Assembly: GCA_032250595.1 (NCBI GenBank)
Contig: JAVVFR010000001.1
Location: 1 to 27,217 of the forward strand
DNA: 27,217 bases
DNA from: Bacteroidales bacterium
Lineage (GTDB): Bacteria > Bacteroidota > Bacteroidia > Bacteroidales > SKPS01
Reading direction: 5' to 3'
A program made the translations under genes and the position numbers. The notes below the pieces were generated by a model that saw only the letters and a list, made by a program, of their open reading frames with translations, had not been told where the DNA came from and made no database searches. This document shows, one piece after another, positions 19,128-26,748 of the stretch (position 1 is its first letter; the number at the start of each line of letters is the position of its first letter).

Positions 19128-19676
19128 ATGAATGATACTTCCGATAAAGAAATACTAACCCTTTTTAAATCTGAGGAAACAAGGGAAGATGCCTTTTGTT
19201 TACTGTTGGGCAAATATCAAAAAAGAGTTTATTGGCATGTTCGCAGGATGGTCATTGACCATGAAGATGCCAATGATATTACACAGAATGTCTTTGTTAA
19301 AATCTGGAAAGGACTTATTAATTTCAGAGAAGAGTCGATGCTCTTCTCATGGATCTATCGTATTGCCACCAACGAAAGTATCACCTTCATCAAACAAAAA
19401 CAACGTAACACCACTATTTCTATTGAAGATATCGATGGGTTTTACCCTGACAGCAATTCATCTGACAGCCAGATGTCGAGTGGTGATATTGAGCGGAAAT
19501 TACATAAAGCAATCATGTCACTTCCTGAAAAACAACGCATTGTCTTCAATTTACGCTACTATGACGAAATGCCTTATGCTGAAATGTCATTGGTATTGAA
19601 AACATCAACAGGAGCACTAAAAGCCTCTTATCATTTAGCACTAAAGAAAATCGAGAAAATTCTGGCCTCAGATTAA
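19128..19676 (+). CDS. ECF-family RNA polymerase sigma-70 factor
   Basis: 182 aa with only region 2 (DANDITQNVFVKIWK...FSWIYRIATN) and region 4 (LPEKQRIVFNLRYYDEMPYAEMS...GALKASYH). Confidence 0.95.
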   Translation: MNDTSDKEILTLFKSEETREDAFCLLLGKYQKRVYWHVRRMVIDHEDANDITQNVFVKIWKGLINFREESMLFSWIYRIATNESITFIKQKQRNTTISIEDIDGFYPDSNSSDSQMSSGDIERKLHKAIMSLPEKQRIVFNLRYYDEMPYAEMSLVLKTSTGALKASYHLALKKIEKILASD

Positions 19677-19702
19677 ACCTTGCAGTAAAAAAACTATCAT
19701 AA
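19675..19702 (+). promoter_or_regulatory. Possible ECF-type promoter overlapping the sigma stop codon (AAACCTT-N15-TCATAA)
   Basis: Resembles the sigmaE-type GGAACTT-N16-TCAAA layout and lies 15 nt upstream of the anti-sigma ATG. Single imperfect instance. Confidence 0.3.
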
Positions 19703-19717
19703 GAGTGTTAAGAAAAA

Positions 19718-21259
19718 ATGAAACACAAAAATGACATACCAGAGACATCATTGCCCGAAGCATTAAAAGCTTTAGGTAAACGGAATATATATACCGTTCC
19801 GGATGGCTATTTCGATACACTACAGGAGGATATCTTGTCGAAAGTATCTTCTATCCCTGTTAGAAAAAAAGGCATTCTTTATACACTGACCCAAAATCCA
19901 TACCGTGCCATCGCTGCATCAATATTGCTATTGGTTTTTAGCGGATTGACCTATGCCCTTGTCACGCAAATCATTCTTCCCGAAATCAGAGAAAACCGAT
20001 TGCCTTCAGAAAAAGCAGAAAACAAAGCTGAAAAAATCAATAGTGACAGTGATATCTCCAATGCTTTTGTCGTTACCGGCGACTCTACGAATACATCAGA
20101 TGAATCAACACCTCCATATGCATCCATAGGTGACCCGTATCCGGATATCTTTACTGCACAAACTAAAGAAAGCAGCACCTCTTCCCGGGAAAAAATACCA
20201 TTCACCGGTTTACCGGGGTATTCTTCCGGCAACAATACCGATGAACCACCTAATTATGCAGCGCAGGAAAAATCTGCCTACACATCGAAACCAGTATCCT
20301 TCACTACCCTGAATGACACTATGGTATGCAAAGGTCAGATTGTTAATTATAAAGTAAATACCAACAAACCAAACCTACTGTTTACCTGGAGCATTGACGG
20401 CAAGATTATTGAACAACGCAGCCGTGGTAATGAACTATATGTTAATACAGAATATTTAACGTATGGCAGCCATATCGTTAATGTTGCCATTACTTCAAGA
20501 CAACACAATGAAGTTGTCAACAATCAAAATGTTACACTGAAGGTTATTCCTAAACCCTCCCCCATAAAAGGGGATTTGAAAATATGTGGATATGATCAGG
20601 TTGTATTAAGTGCCGGGCAAAGAAATCCAAACTTCCAATACCTTTGGTCAAACGGTGCCAGGAATACCTCCATAAAAGTCACAAAATCAGGTAAATATTG
20701 GGTAACCATTGCTGCCGGAAATGGGGAAGCCTGCAGTGTTACCGATACTTTCAATGTTACCGTTATGCCAACACCGATAGTTGAACTCGGCACATCCCCT
20801 TCTATCTGTTTAGGAGATAACGTGAAACTTGGTATAAAAAATCCTTCTGACCAATACACTTATAAGTGGTATCCCACAGGAGAAACTTCACCTTCCATTG
20901 TGTTTACTCCTGACGAACCCGGGAAAAACATAATAAAAGTAGGAGTTACCGCATGTAAGATCCATAAAGATCAAATAACGATTAACGTTATCGATTGTAA
21001 TATTGAGATTCCTAATGTGATAACACCCAATGGCGATGGCATCAACGATTATTTTGTCATTAAAGGTATTGACCATTATAGCAAACGTCATCTCATTGTA
21101 AATGACCGAAACGGTACTGTTGTATATGAAAACTCTGATTATCAAAACAATTGGGATGGACAGCAACTGCAAAATGGCACATATTTTTATATCCTAACGC
21201 TTTCGACCCCCGGTGGCAAAAGCACAGAGAGAAGCGGTGTTGTAAGGATACTCCGTTAA
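19718..21259 (+). CDS. Putative anti-sigma factor: N-terminal VPDGYF motif, one TM helix, S/T/P/E linker, 3 Ig-like domains, T9SS type B CTD (CHU_C / gliding motility-associated)
   Basis: 41 nt downstream of the ECF sigma. YTVPDGYFDTLQEDIL at aa 25-40, hydrophobic segment at aa 64-87, CTD IPNVITPNGDGINDYFVI...YQNNWDG...GTYFYIL...G.V.ILR at aa 429-513. The anti-sigma role is inferred from position and motif. Confidence 0.8.
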   Translation: MKHKNDIPETSLPEALKALGKRNIYTVPDGYFDTLQEDILSKVSSIPVRKKGILYTLTQNPYRAIAASILLLVFSGLTYALVTQIILPEIRENRLPSEKAENKAEKINSDSDISNAFVVTGDSTNTSDESTPPYASIGDPYPDIFTAQTKESSTSSREKIPFTGLPGYSSGNNTDEPPNYAAQEKSAYTSKPVSFTTLNDTMVCKGQIVNYKVNTNKPNLLFTWSIDGKIIEQRSRGNELYVNTEYLTYGSHIVNVAITSRQHNEVVNNQNVTLKVIPKPSPIKGDLKICGYDQVVLSAGQRNPNFQYLWSNGARNTSIKVTKSGKYWVTIAAGNGEACSVTDTFNVTVMPTPIVELGTSPSICLGDNVKLGIKNPSDQYTYKWYPTGETSPSIVFTPDEPGKNIIKVGVTACKIHKDQITINVIDCNIEIPNVITPNGDGINDYFVIKGIDHYSKRHLIVNDRNGTVVYENSDYQNNWDGQQLQNGTYFYILTLSTPGGKSTERSGVVRILR

Positions 21260-21297
21260 CCCTTCCGTAAATTTTAGCATGAAGATTCTTTACAATA

Positions 21298-21330
21298 TTG
21301 CTACGAATAGGTTTATTGTTTTTAACTTCG
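21298..21330 (+). promoter_or_regulatory. Bacteroidota housekeeping promoter candidate for pnuC-nadR
   Basis: TTG at 21298-21300 and TAACTTCG at 21323-21330 (one mismatch to TAnnTTTG). Confidence 0.5.
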
Positions 21331-21367
21331 CCTTCTGAAATCAAACTAGTATTTATCACAACGAGGC

Positions 21368-21988
21368 ATGTTTTCACAGATAATTCATTATTTGACTGCG
21401 CACTATATCGAGGTAGCAGGCTTTATCCTTGGGATCGGTTATGTGCTTTTGGCGATGAAGCAAAATGTCTGGTGTTGGATATTGGGTATCGGTAACGTCA
21501 TCCTCTATATAATTGTTTTTTATGACAGCGCCCTTTATGGTGATATGATGCTGCAGATTTTTTACCTCTTTATGAGTTTTTACGGACTGTATTCCTGGTT
21601 AACCGTAAAAAAAACTGTTTCAACAAAGAGTGGCAGTGCTATCTCAACAACCTCCAAAAAGGTTTGGGCAGGTATCTTGATTTTTGTTATTGTGATCAGT
21701 ATATCAGGAGGCTATCTGCTCTCATTTACCGACAACACAATTCCCTATTGGGATGGAATAACAACCGCGCTGGGACTAGCTGCTACATGGATGACAGCAA
21801 AGAAACTCCTTGAAAACTGGTTGGTTTGGATATTTACCGACTTATTATGTACTGTTTTATATTTTTATAAATCACTCTACCCTACATCAATATTCTACTT
21901 AATAATGTCGATACTGGCAATAATAGGATATTATCGTTGGCGAAAAGAGATAAATAACCATGAAACGCATAGCAATAACAGGGCCTGA
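21368..21988 (+). CDS. pnuC: Nicotinamide riboside transporter PnuC
   Basis: Multi-TM 206 aa protein with KQNVWCWILG, PYWDGITTALGLAATWMTAKKLLENWLVWI and GYYRW. Overlaps a NadR-type kinase gene. Confidence 0.92.
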   Translation: MFSQIIHYLTAHYIEVAGFILGIGYVLLAMKQNVWCWILGIGNVILYIIVFYDSALYGDMMLQIFYLFMSFYGLYSWLTVKKTVSTKSGSAISTTSKKVWAGILIFVIVISISGGYLLSFTDNTIPYWDGITTALGLAATWMTAKKLLENWLVWIFTDLLCTVLYFYKSLYPTSIFYLIMSILAIIGYYRWRKEINNHETHSNNRA

Positions 21989-22472
21989 ATCAACAGGAAA
22001 ATCAGTATTGGCAGCATCACTGGCCTTACACTATCAAACAGTGTGGTCGCCGGAATATGCGCGAAGTTATCTCACAAAGAAACACGGATCCTACTCCCCT
22101 GCTGATGTAGTGCATATTGCCAAGCAACAGTTTGATCAGAACAATACAATGTCACTACAAGCCCAACAATACTTTTTCGCTGACACAGAGATGCTTGTCA
22201 CAAAAATCTGGTATCAATTTGTATTTGGGAAAGTACATCCTGTCATCAACCGGTTATTTCATCAGCAACAGTTTGACCTTTACCTGCTATGTGATATTGA
22301 CCTGCCATGGGAGCCTGATCCACTAAGAGAACATCCCGGCCAGCGAAAAGAACTCTTTAATATGTACCAACAACAATTATCGGATCACAATCTGCCCTTT
22401 GTCAGAGTGAAAGGCTTCGGAAAACTACGGTTGCAATCAGCAATAAACTCTATAGATACGTTTTTTTTATAG
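21960..22472 (+). CDS. nadR: Stand-alone NadR-type (AAA_28) nicotinamide riboside kinase-like protein
   Basis: Walker A GPESTGKS, PEYAR, ADT and DLPWEPDPLRE. 29-nt overlap with pnuC. Lacks the HTH and adenylyltransferase domains. Confidence 0.85.
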   Translation: MKRIAITGPESTGKSVLAASLALHYQTVWSPEYARSYLTKKHGSYSPADVVHIAKQQFDQNNTMSLQAQQYFFADTEMLVTKIWYQFVFGKVHPVINRLFHQQQFDLYLLCDIDLPWEPDPLREHPGQRKELFNMYQQQLSDHNLPFVRVKGFGKLRLQSAINSIDTFFL

Positions 22473-22512
22473 TATCTTTAACCATATTTTACTATTTCAA
22501 AAAAAATCGATT

Positions 22513-23586
22513 ATGAAACTACGTATTCACACCCTCTTAATCATACTTTTATGGTTCCCATCCGTTTTGATTCACGGACAAATCACCATCACCTCATCCG
22601 ATATGCCCGATATCAACGATACTGTTAGACTGAGTAACGCACTTACAGCAGGCTCCATTGATTTCACACTTACCGGGACCAACCATACCTGGGACTTTTC
22701 ATCTCTTGTTCCCGTTTCTCAAAGAATAGATACATTTGTGTCAGTGCTCTCCACACCAATAATGTATTATCCGTCATTTGTGCTCCATGCCTCATATGGC
22801 ATCAAAGGAAACGAATTCAATATGCTGGGATTCGACCTGAAAGATGTGTATGATTTCTATAAAAAAACCACCACTAAATATCAAAATGTCGGATTTGCCG
22901 CTACTGTTAACGGCATCCCCTTCCCTGTACGGTACGATGATTATGATGTTCTTTTCCGGTTTCCTATGACGTATGGCAACATTGATTCCTCGGAAGCCAG
23001 CTTTGCCATGCAGATCCCTATGCTTGGATATTATTCCAATGAAAAAAAACGACATAACCATGTAGATGGATGGGGAACCCTCATCACCCCTTATGGCACT
23101 TTTCAAACTATTCGCGTAAAATCGATGGTTACCAATACAGATTCTATTTTTATCGACAGCCTCGGAACAGGGATGCCACCGGTCACAACACACTACACAG
23201 AATACAAATGGCTGGCCAACGGCTTTCCGGTTCCTTTGCTCACTATTGTCGACAGAGTTGTAGGTGATGAGTTTTTTTATATCGATAGCAATAGAAACAT
23301 TGGTAATAATACTATTCATACAGTCACGGCAAATAATACGTTAACCATTTATCCTAACCCTGCAAAAAATAGTATTGTATTAAATTTCTCTCAAAAAATC
23401 ACTGGAGATATCATGGTAGCACTATTTTCCACCACAGGAAAAAAGGTATATAGCAATACCTTCAGTGGTAGTGTTGACAACATTGCTATTTCAAAAAAAG
23501 AGTATAACATATCTCCGGGAATTTATATGTTGATTGTCAAAACAAAAACATATACATATAAATCAAAAATCGTTTTTCAACACTAA
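22513..23586 (+). CDS. T9SS type A cargo protein of unknown function
   Basis: Signal peptide ending LIHG-Q, beta-rich body (QITITSSDMP...TWDFSSL) and CTD LTIYPNPAKN...GIYML...KIVFQH. Confidence 0.88.
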   Translation: MKLRIHTLLIILLWFPSVLIHGQITITSSDMPDINDTVRLSNALTAGSIDFTLTGTNHTWDFSSLVPVSQRIDTFVSVLSTPIMYYPSFVLHASYGIKGNEFNMLGFDLKDVYDFYKKTTTKYQNVGFAATVNGIPFPVRYDDYDVLFRFPMTYGNIDSSEASFAMQIPMLGYYSNEKKRHNHVDGWGTLITPYGTFQTIRVKSMVTNTDSIFIDSLGTGMPPVTTHYTEYKWLANGFPVPLLTIVDRVVGDEFFYIDSNRNIGNNTIHTVTANNTLTIYPNPAKNSIVLNFSQKITGDIMVALFSTTGKKVYSNTFSGSVDNIAISKKEYNISPGIYMLIVKTKTYTYKSKIVFQH

Positions 23587-23665
23587 AATAGTTACTTCTT
23601 TTGATTTTTATTTACAAAATATCATAACTCATTAATCTTCTGTTTATTAAAATAATTATAAAAAC

Positions 23666-23696
23666 TTGACTTATTAATTTTTTTGTGCTATTTTTG
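23666..23696 (+). promoter_or_regulatory. Consensus Bacteroidota promoter with no downstream same-strand gene
   Basis: TTG at 23666-23668, 20-nt spacer, TATTTTTG at 23689-23696. Confidence 0.6.
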
Positions 23697-23700
23697 GAAC

Positions 23701-23779
23701 CCCAAACAAATACAAATCTAACCTTCAAGTCCTATGAATGAAAAACAGGATTGCTCCCAACAATCCTGTTTTTCCTTTT
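23701..23779 (+). ncRNA. Candidate small RNA (about 80 nt)
   Basis: Lies between the consensus promoter and a 14-bp terminator. C/A-rich unstructured 5' half. No family recognised. Confidence 0.35.
23740..23779. terminator. Bidirectional rho-independent terminator
   Basis: Perfect 14-bp stem GAAAAACAGGATTG-ctcccaa-CAATCCTGTTTTTC with U-tracts on both strands, 3 nt past the mtnP stop. Confidence 0.9.
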
Positions 23780-24527
23780 ATACTCTTTCTATAAGTTTTT
23801 GCAGTAGAAAAGTGACTCTGTTAATATTTTTATTAAACACTTTCAGCACTTCCTTCCAGCTCACAGCTGCCTCATCACTTTTCCAACAGTCATAATCGGT
23901 ACTCAATGCAATAGCAGCATAAGGTATTTCCATCTCATTAGCAAGAATCACTTCCGGGGCAGTGGTCATATTAATGATATCAGCTCCCCACGACCTGAAC
24001 AAAAACGACTCAGCACGTGAAGAGAAACGCGGACCTTCTATTGTAATGACTGTACCTTTCTGGTGGCATTGGATGTTATTTACTGCCGCAACTTCGAAAA
24101 TAGCTTCACGAAGTGACTCATCAAAAGGATCAGCCATGGGAGTATGTTTTAGCACTCCAACGGGAAATGCTTCAAAAAATGAAATCGCTCTATGACGCGT
24201 GAAATCAATAAATTGATCAGGCAATACAATATCCCCTATGCCTATCTCTTCTTTTAAGCTACCACATGCCGTAATAGCAATAATCACATCGCAACCCAAT
24301 GTCTTTAACGCCAGAATATTTGCTCTGTTATTGATCTGCGTTGGCGGAATAGTGTGGTCTCTTCCATGCCTGCTTAAAATAAAAATATCTTTATTATAAA
24401 GTTGCCCACTTAGAAAAGAGGATGATGGCTGCCCATAACGGGTTGTTAATTCTACATAATTTTGATTTTCGAATAATGAGAATTTCTCCAGACCGGTACC
24501 CCCAATAATTCCTATTTTTTTTATCAT
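23778..24527 (-). CDS. mtnP: S-methyl-5'-thioadenosine phosphorylase (MTAP)
   Basis: IGIIGGTG, SRHGRDH..PP..IN.RANI.ALK, DQFID.T, TIEGPRFS..AES, NMT..PE and STDYDCW (DxD motif of the MTAP class). Confidence 0.92.
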   Translation of the reverse strand: MIKKIGIIGGTGLEKFSLFENQNYVELTTRYGQPSSSFLSGQLYNKDIFILSRHGRDHTIPPTQINNRANILALKTLGCDVIIAITACGSLKEEIGIGDIVLPDQFIDFTRHRAISFFEAFPVGVLKHTPMADPFDESLREAIFEVAAVNNIQCHQKGTVITIEGPRFSSRAESFLFRSWGADIINMTTAPEVILANEMEIPYAAIALSTDYDCWKSDEAAVSWKEVLKVFNKNINRVTFLLQKLIERV

Positions 24528-24571
24528 GATCGAAGTGCAGTTGATGATTTGATAAAATTAAAAAACATTTG

Positions 24572-24604
24572 TTGTAATAATTCTCCTGTTTGTTTATACT
24601 TTTG
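24572..24604 (+). promoter_or_regulatory. Bacteroidota housekeeping promoter for the Smr / PCMD genes
   Basis: TACTTTTG at 24597-24604 and (T)TTG elements at 24568-24574. Implies a 5' UTR of about 110 nt. Confidence 0.55.
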
Positions 24605-24722
24605 TAGCAAGAAGGGAAAAAGATATTCATTACATATATTATCAGATATTCGCAGCATATCACACCTAACCCTTTGCCTTCTCAGAGGTGAAAATACAAA
24701 ATAATAGCATTGACTACATATC

Positions 24723-25787
24723 ATGGAACTAAAAACAGGCGATAAGGTAAAATTTTTGAATGAAAAAGGGGGTGGCATTGTCACACGTATCATCAGCAAG
24801 GAGTTAGTCCATGTGGCCATAGAAGAAGGTTTCGAGATTCCCACTTTAATAAAAGACCTGGTAGTGATAGGACGCAACAAAGAATCGGCAGAGCGTCTGT
24901 TCGATCAGGAATTTTCTATCAATACCAGTGCGATAAAAAAACAGAAGGTGGATGAACAGGCACCTCCGGCTTACGCACACAATACTTTCGAAGGCAAGGC
25001 CATGGAAGACGGAATATGGTTGGCCTACATACCGCATCAACAACAGCTTTTGGTCAGCGGCCCTTTAGATATTGTGATTTTCAACAATGCATCATTCAGG
25101 GTAGCTTTTCAGATATACAGAAAGAAAGAACGACAACTCTTTATACATGCTTATGGGGTGATTAAGCCGGCCTCCGCTAAAGTAATTGCTACTATCGAGA
25201 GAGAAGCGCTGCCGGAGTGGGTCTCCGGTACGATACAGATGATGTTCCAAATACAAAAAACAGATAAAGTACCTGTCCCTGCCAGCGTTAGCTTCAACCT
25301 TAAGCCATCACGGTTTTACCACGATAATAGTTACATACAATGCAGCCTGGCAAAAGAGAAGATACTCCCGGTAATGCTTAAAAGCAATACTGGTATTGTA
25401 TCAACAACAACAGATGATGCTCAAATGATTGAAGATACACGCGTAACCTTTCGTTCCGGAAGTGAAATCATCAAAGAATATATAAAAAATGATGGCAGGG
25501 CAGTGGTTGATCTTCATATTCACAATATTACGGATGAACACCGGCATATCAATCAGGGAGAGGCTTTGAAGATACAGTTAAGTTATTTCAGTAAAGTATT
25601 GGAAAGCGCAATAAGAATGCAGGTTCAAAGGCTTATTCTCATCCATGGTGTTGGCAACGGCATATTAAAGAGTGAGATCAGAAAATATTTGGATGAATAT
25701 GATTTTATTCATTATTTTGATGCGCCTATTGCCCTTTATGGCTTAGGGGCAACAGAGGCAACGATTTTTTACGGCAAACAACATTAA
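24723..25787 (+). CDS. KOW-like + DUF2027 + Smr domain protein (Smr/MutS2 family, no ATPase)
   Basis: N-terminus GDKVKFLNEKGGGIVTRI...GFEIP and C-terminal Smr domain (VDLHI...LILIHGVGNGILK...YGLGAT). The middle region is assigned to DUF2027 from the known Bacteroidota architecture. Confidence 0.85.
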   Translation: MELKTGDKVKFLNEKGGGIVTRIISKELVHVAIEEGFEIPTLIKDLVVIGRNKESAERLFDQEFSINTSAIKKQKVDEQAPPAYAHNTFEGKAMEDGIWLAYIPHQQQLLVSGPLDIVIFNNASFRVAFQIYRKKERQLFIHAYGVIKPASAKVIATIEREALPEWVSGTIQMMFQIQKTDKVPVPASVSFNLKPSRFYHDNSYIQCSLAKEKILPVMLKSNTGIVSTTTDDAQMIEDTRVTFRSGSEIIKEYIKNDGRAVVDLHIHNITDEHRHINQGEALKIQLSYFSKVLESAIRMQVQRLILIHGVGNGILKSEIRKYLDEYDFIHYFDAPIALYGLGATEATIFYGKQH

Positions 25788-25798
25788 TTTTACCTACT

Positions 25799-26704
25799 AT
25801 GAAACATGCAGTGATTTTAGCAACACTTATGGCAGTATTTACCATTTGGACAAATGGGCAGACCACGGTTCCAAATACTGATTTCGAGCAATGGACATCA
25901 GGAAAGCCTGATGGATGGGATGCGACAAATTTCAACATTATGACCATCGTCATCAATACGGTGAATGTCGACAGTATCGATCCACAACACGGAAGCAGGG
26001 CGGTAAAGATAAATACCACAGAAGAGAATATTTTTGGCACTTTAGTGACCGTGCCCGGATTGATCACGCTCGGCAAATTTGAAATTGATCTTGTAAACTT
26101 CACAGGATCTGTAAGTGGCGGTGCCCCTTTCACCGGAAGGCCGGAGAAGTTAACAGGATATGTAGAAGCAAAACCTGCTGGCAACGACCGTGCTTTTATC
26201 GCGGTAGGCGTTTCAAAATGGAACGGCACAAAATCAGATACTATTGGCTTGGGTACCATGTTTATAGACTCTGTGCAAACCGGATGGCACTATTTTGAAT
26301 GCCCCATCACCTATTCAACACCGGATCAGCCCGATTCAATAAATATTATCTTTTGCGCCTCCAATATTCTCCAACAGGCTTTTACTGATGGTAGCAGGTT
26401 GCGTGTCGACAATATATCACTTGACTACGGTAATATTATCGTTGAAGAAAATTTCAGTGATGCTCATTTCAAGGTATGGGCTGATGAGAACAAAAACCTT
26501 TTTTATGACATCAGCTCCCTTTCGGATGAAATTACTACCTTACGGGTATTCACTATCCATGGCATTGAGGTGCAACACATATCCATAGCTGGTGATATAA
26601 AAAAAGGTCAATTGTCACTGTCCGGTGTCTCTTCCGGCATGTATCTTATCGGCATACAGTCAAAATCCGGCAAGGTTCATACCAGGCGTATCATTCTAAA
26701 ATAA
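25799..26704 (+). CDS. PCMD-like (putative carbohydrate-binding) protein with a degenerate T9SS type A CTD
   Basis: Signal peptide ending TNG-Q. VPNTDFEQW..GKPDGW, GGAPFTGRPEKLTGY, PDSINIIF and LRVDNISL. C-terminal GMYLIGI...RRIILK. Confidence 0.78.
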   Translation: MKHAVILATLMAVFTIWTNGQTTVPNTDFEQWTSGKPDGWDATNFNIMTIVINTVNVDSIDPQHGSRAVKINTTEENIFGTLVTVPGLITLGKFEIDLVNFTGSVSGGAPFTGRPEKLTGYVEAKPAGNDRAFIAVGVSKWNGTKSDTIGLGTMFIDSVQTGWHYFECPITYSTPDQPDSINIIFCASNILQQAFTDGSRLRVDNISLDYGNIIVEENFSDAHFKVWADENKNLFYDISSLSDEITTLRVFTIHGIEVQHISIAGDIKKGQLSLSGVSSGMYLIGIQSKSGKVHTRRIILK

Positions 26705-26711
26705 TGGATTC

Positions 26712-26745
26712 TTTGTAAAATATTTACGTCATTTTATTATCTTTG
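26712..26745 (+). promoter_or_regulatory. Bacteroidota housekeeping promoter of rnpB
   Basis: TTTG at 26712-26715 and TATCTTTG at 26738-26745. The predicted TSS coincides with the 5' strand of P1. Confidence 0.8.
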
Positions 26746-26748
26746 CCA

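Noticed and set aside
21260-21367. Possible TPP or other riboswitch upstream of pnuC
   Set aside because: No CUGAGA core or suitable helices, the predicted UTR is under 40 nt, and the NadR neighbour points to NR rather than thiamine.
22461-24524. Homopolymer tracts (T8 at the nadR end, A8 after the mtnP start) as slippage switches
   Set aside because: Runs of 8 are common in this AT-rich genome, and both frames are intact.
24605-24722. Long leader with an AGATATTC direct repeat (24621, 24644) and a CACCT/AGGTG pairing
   Set aside because: Short AT-rich matches with no recognisable SAM, SAH or glycine riboswitch core. Compatible with chance.
24394-24880. Minus-strand ORFs at 24394-24663 and 24524-24880
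   Set aside because: They overlap mtnP, the promoter region and the Smr gene, and have no protein-like features.
17029-26588. Remaining short overlapping ORFs in the track (e.g. 18842-19213, 19189-19599, 22792-23319, 25726-26259)
   Set aside because: All lie over well-supported genes in another frame or strand.
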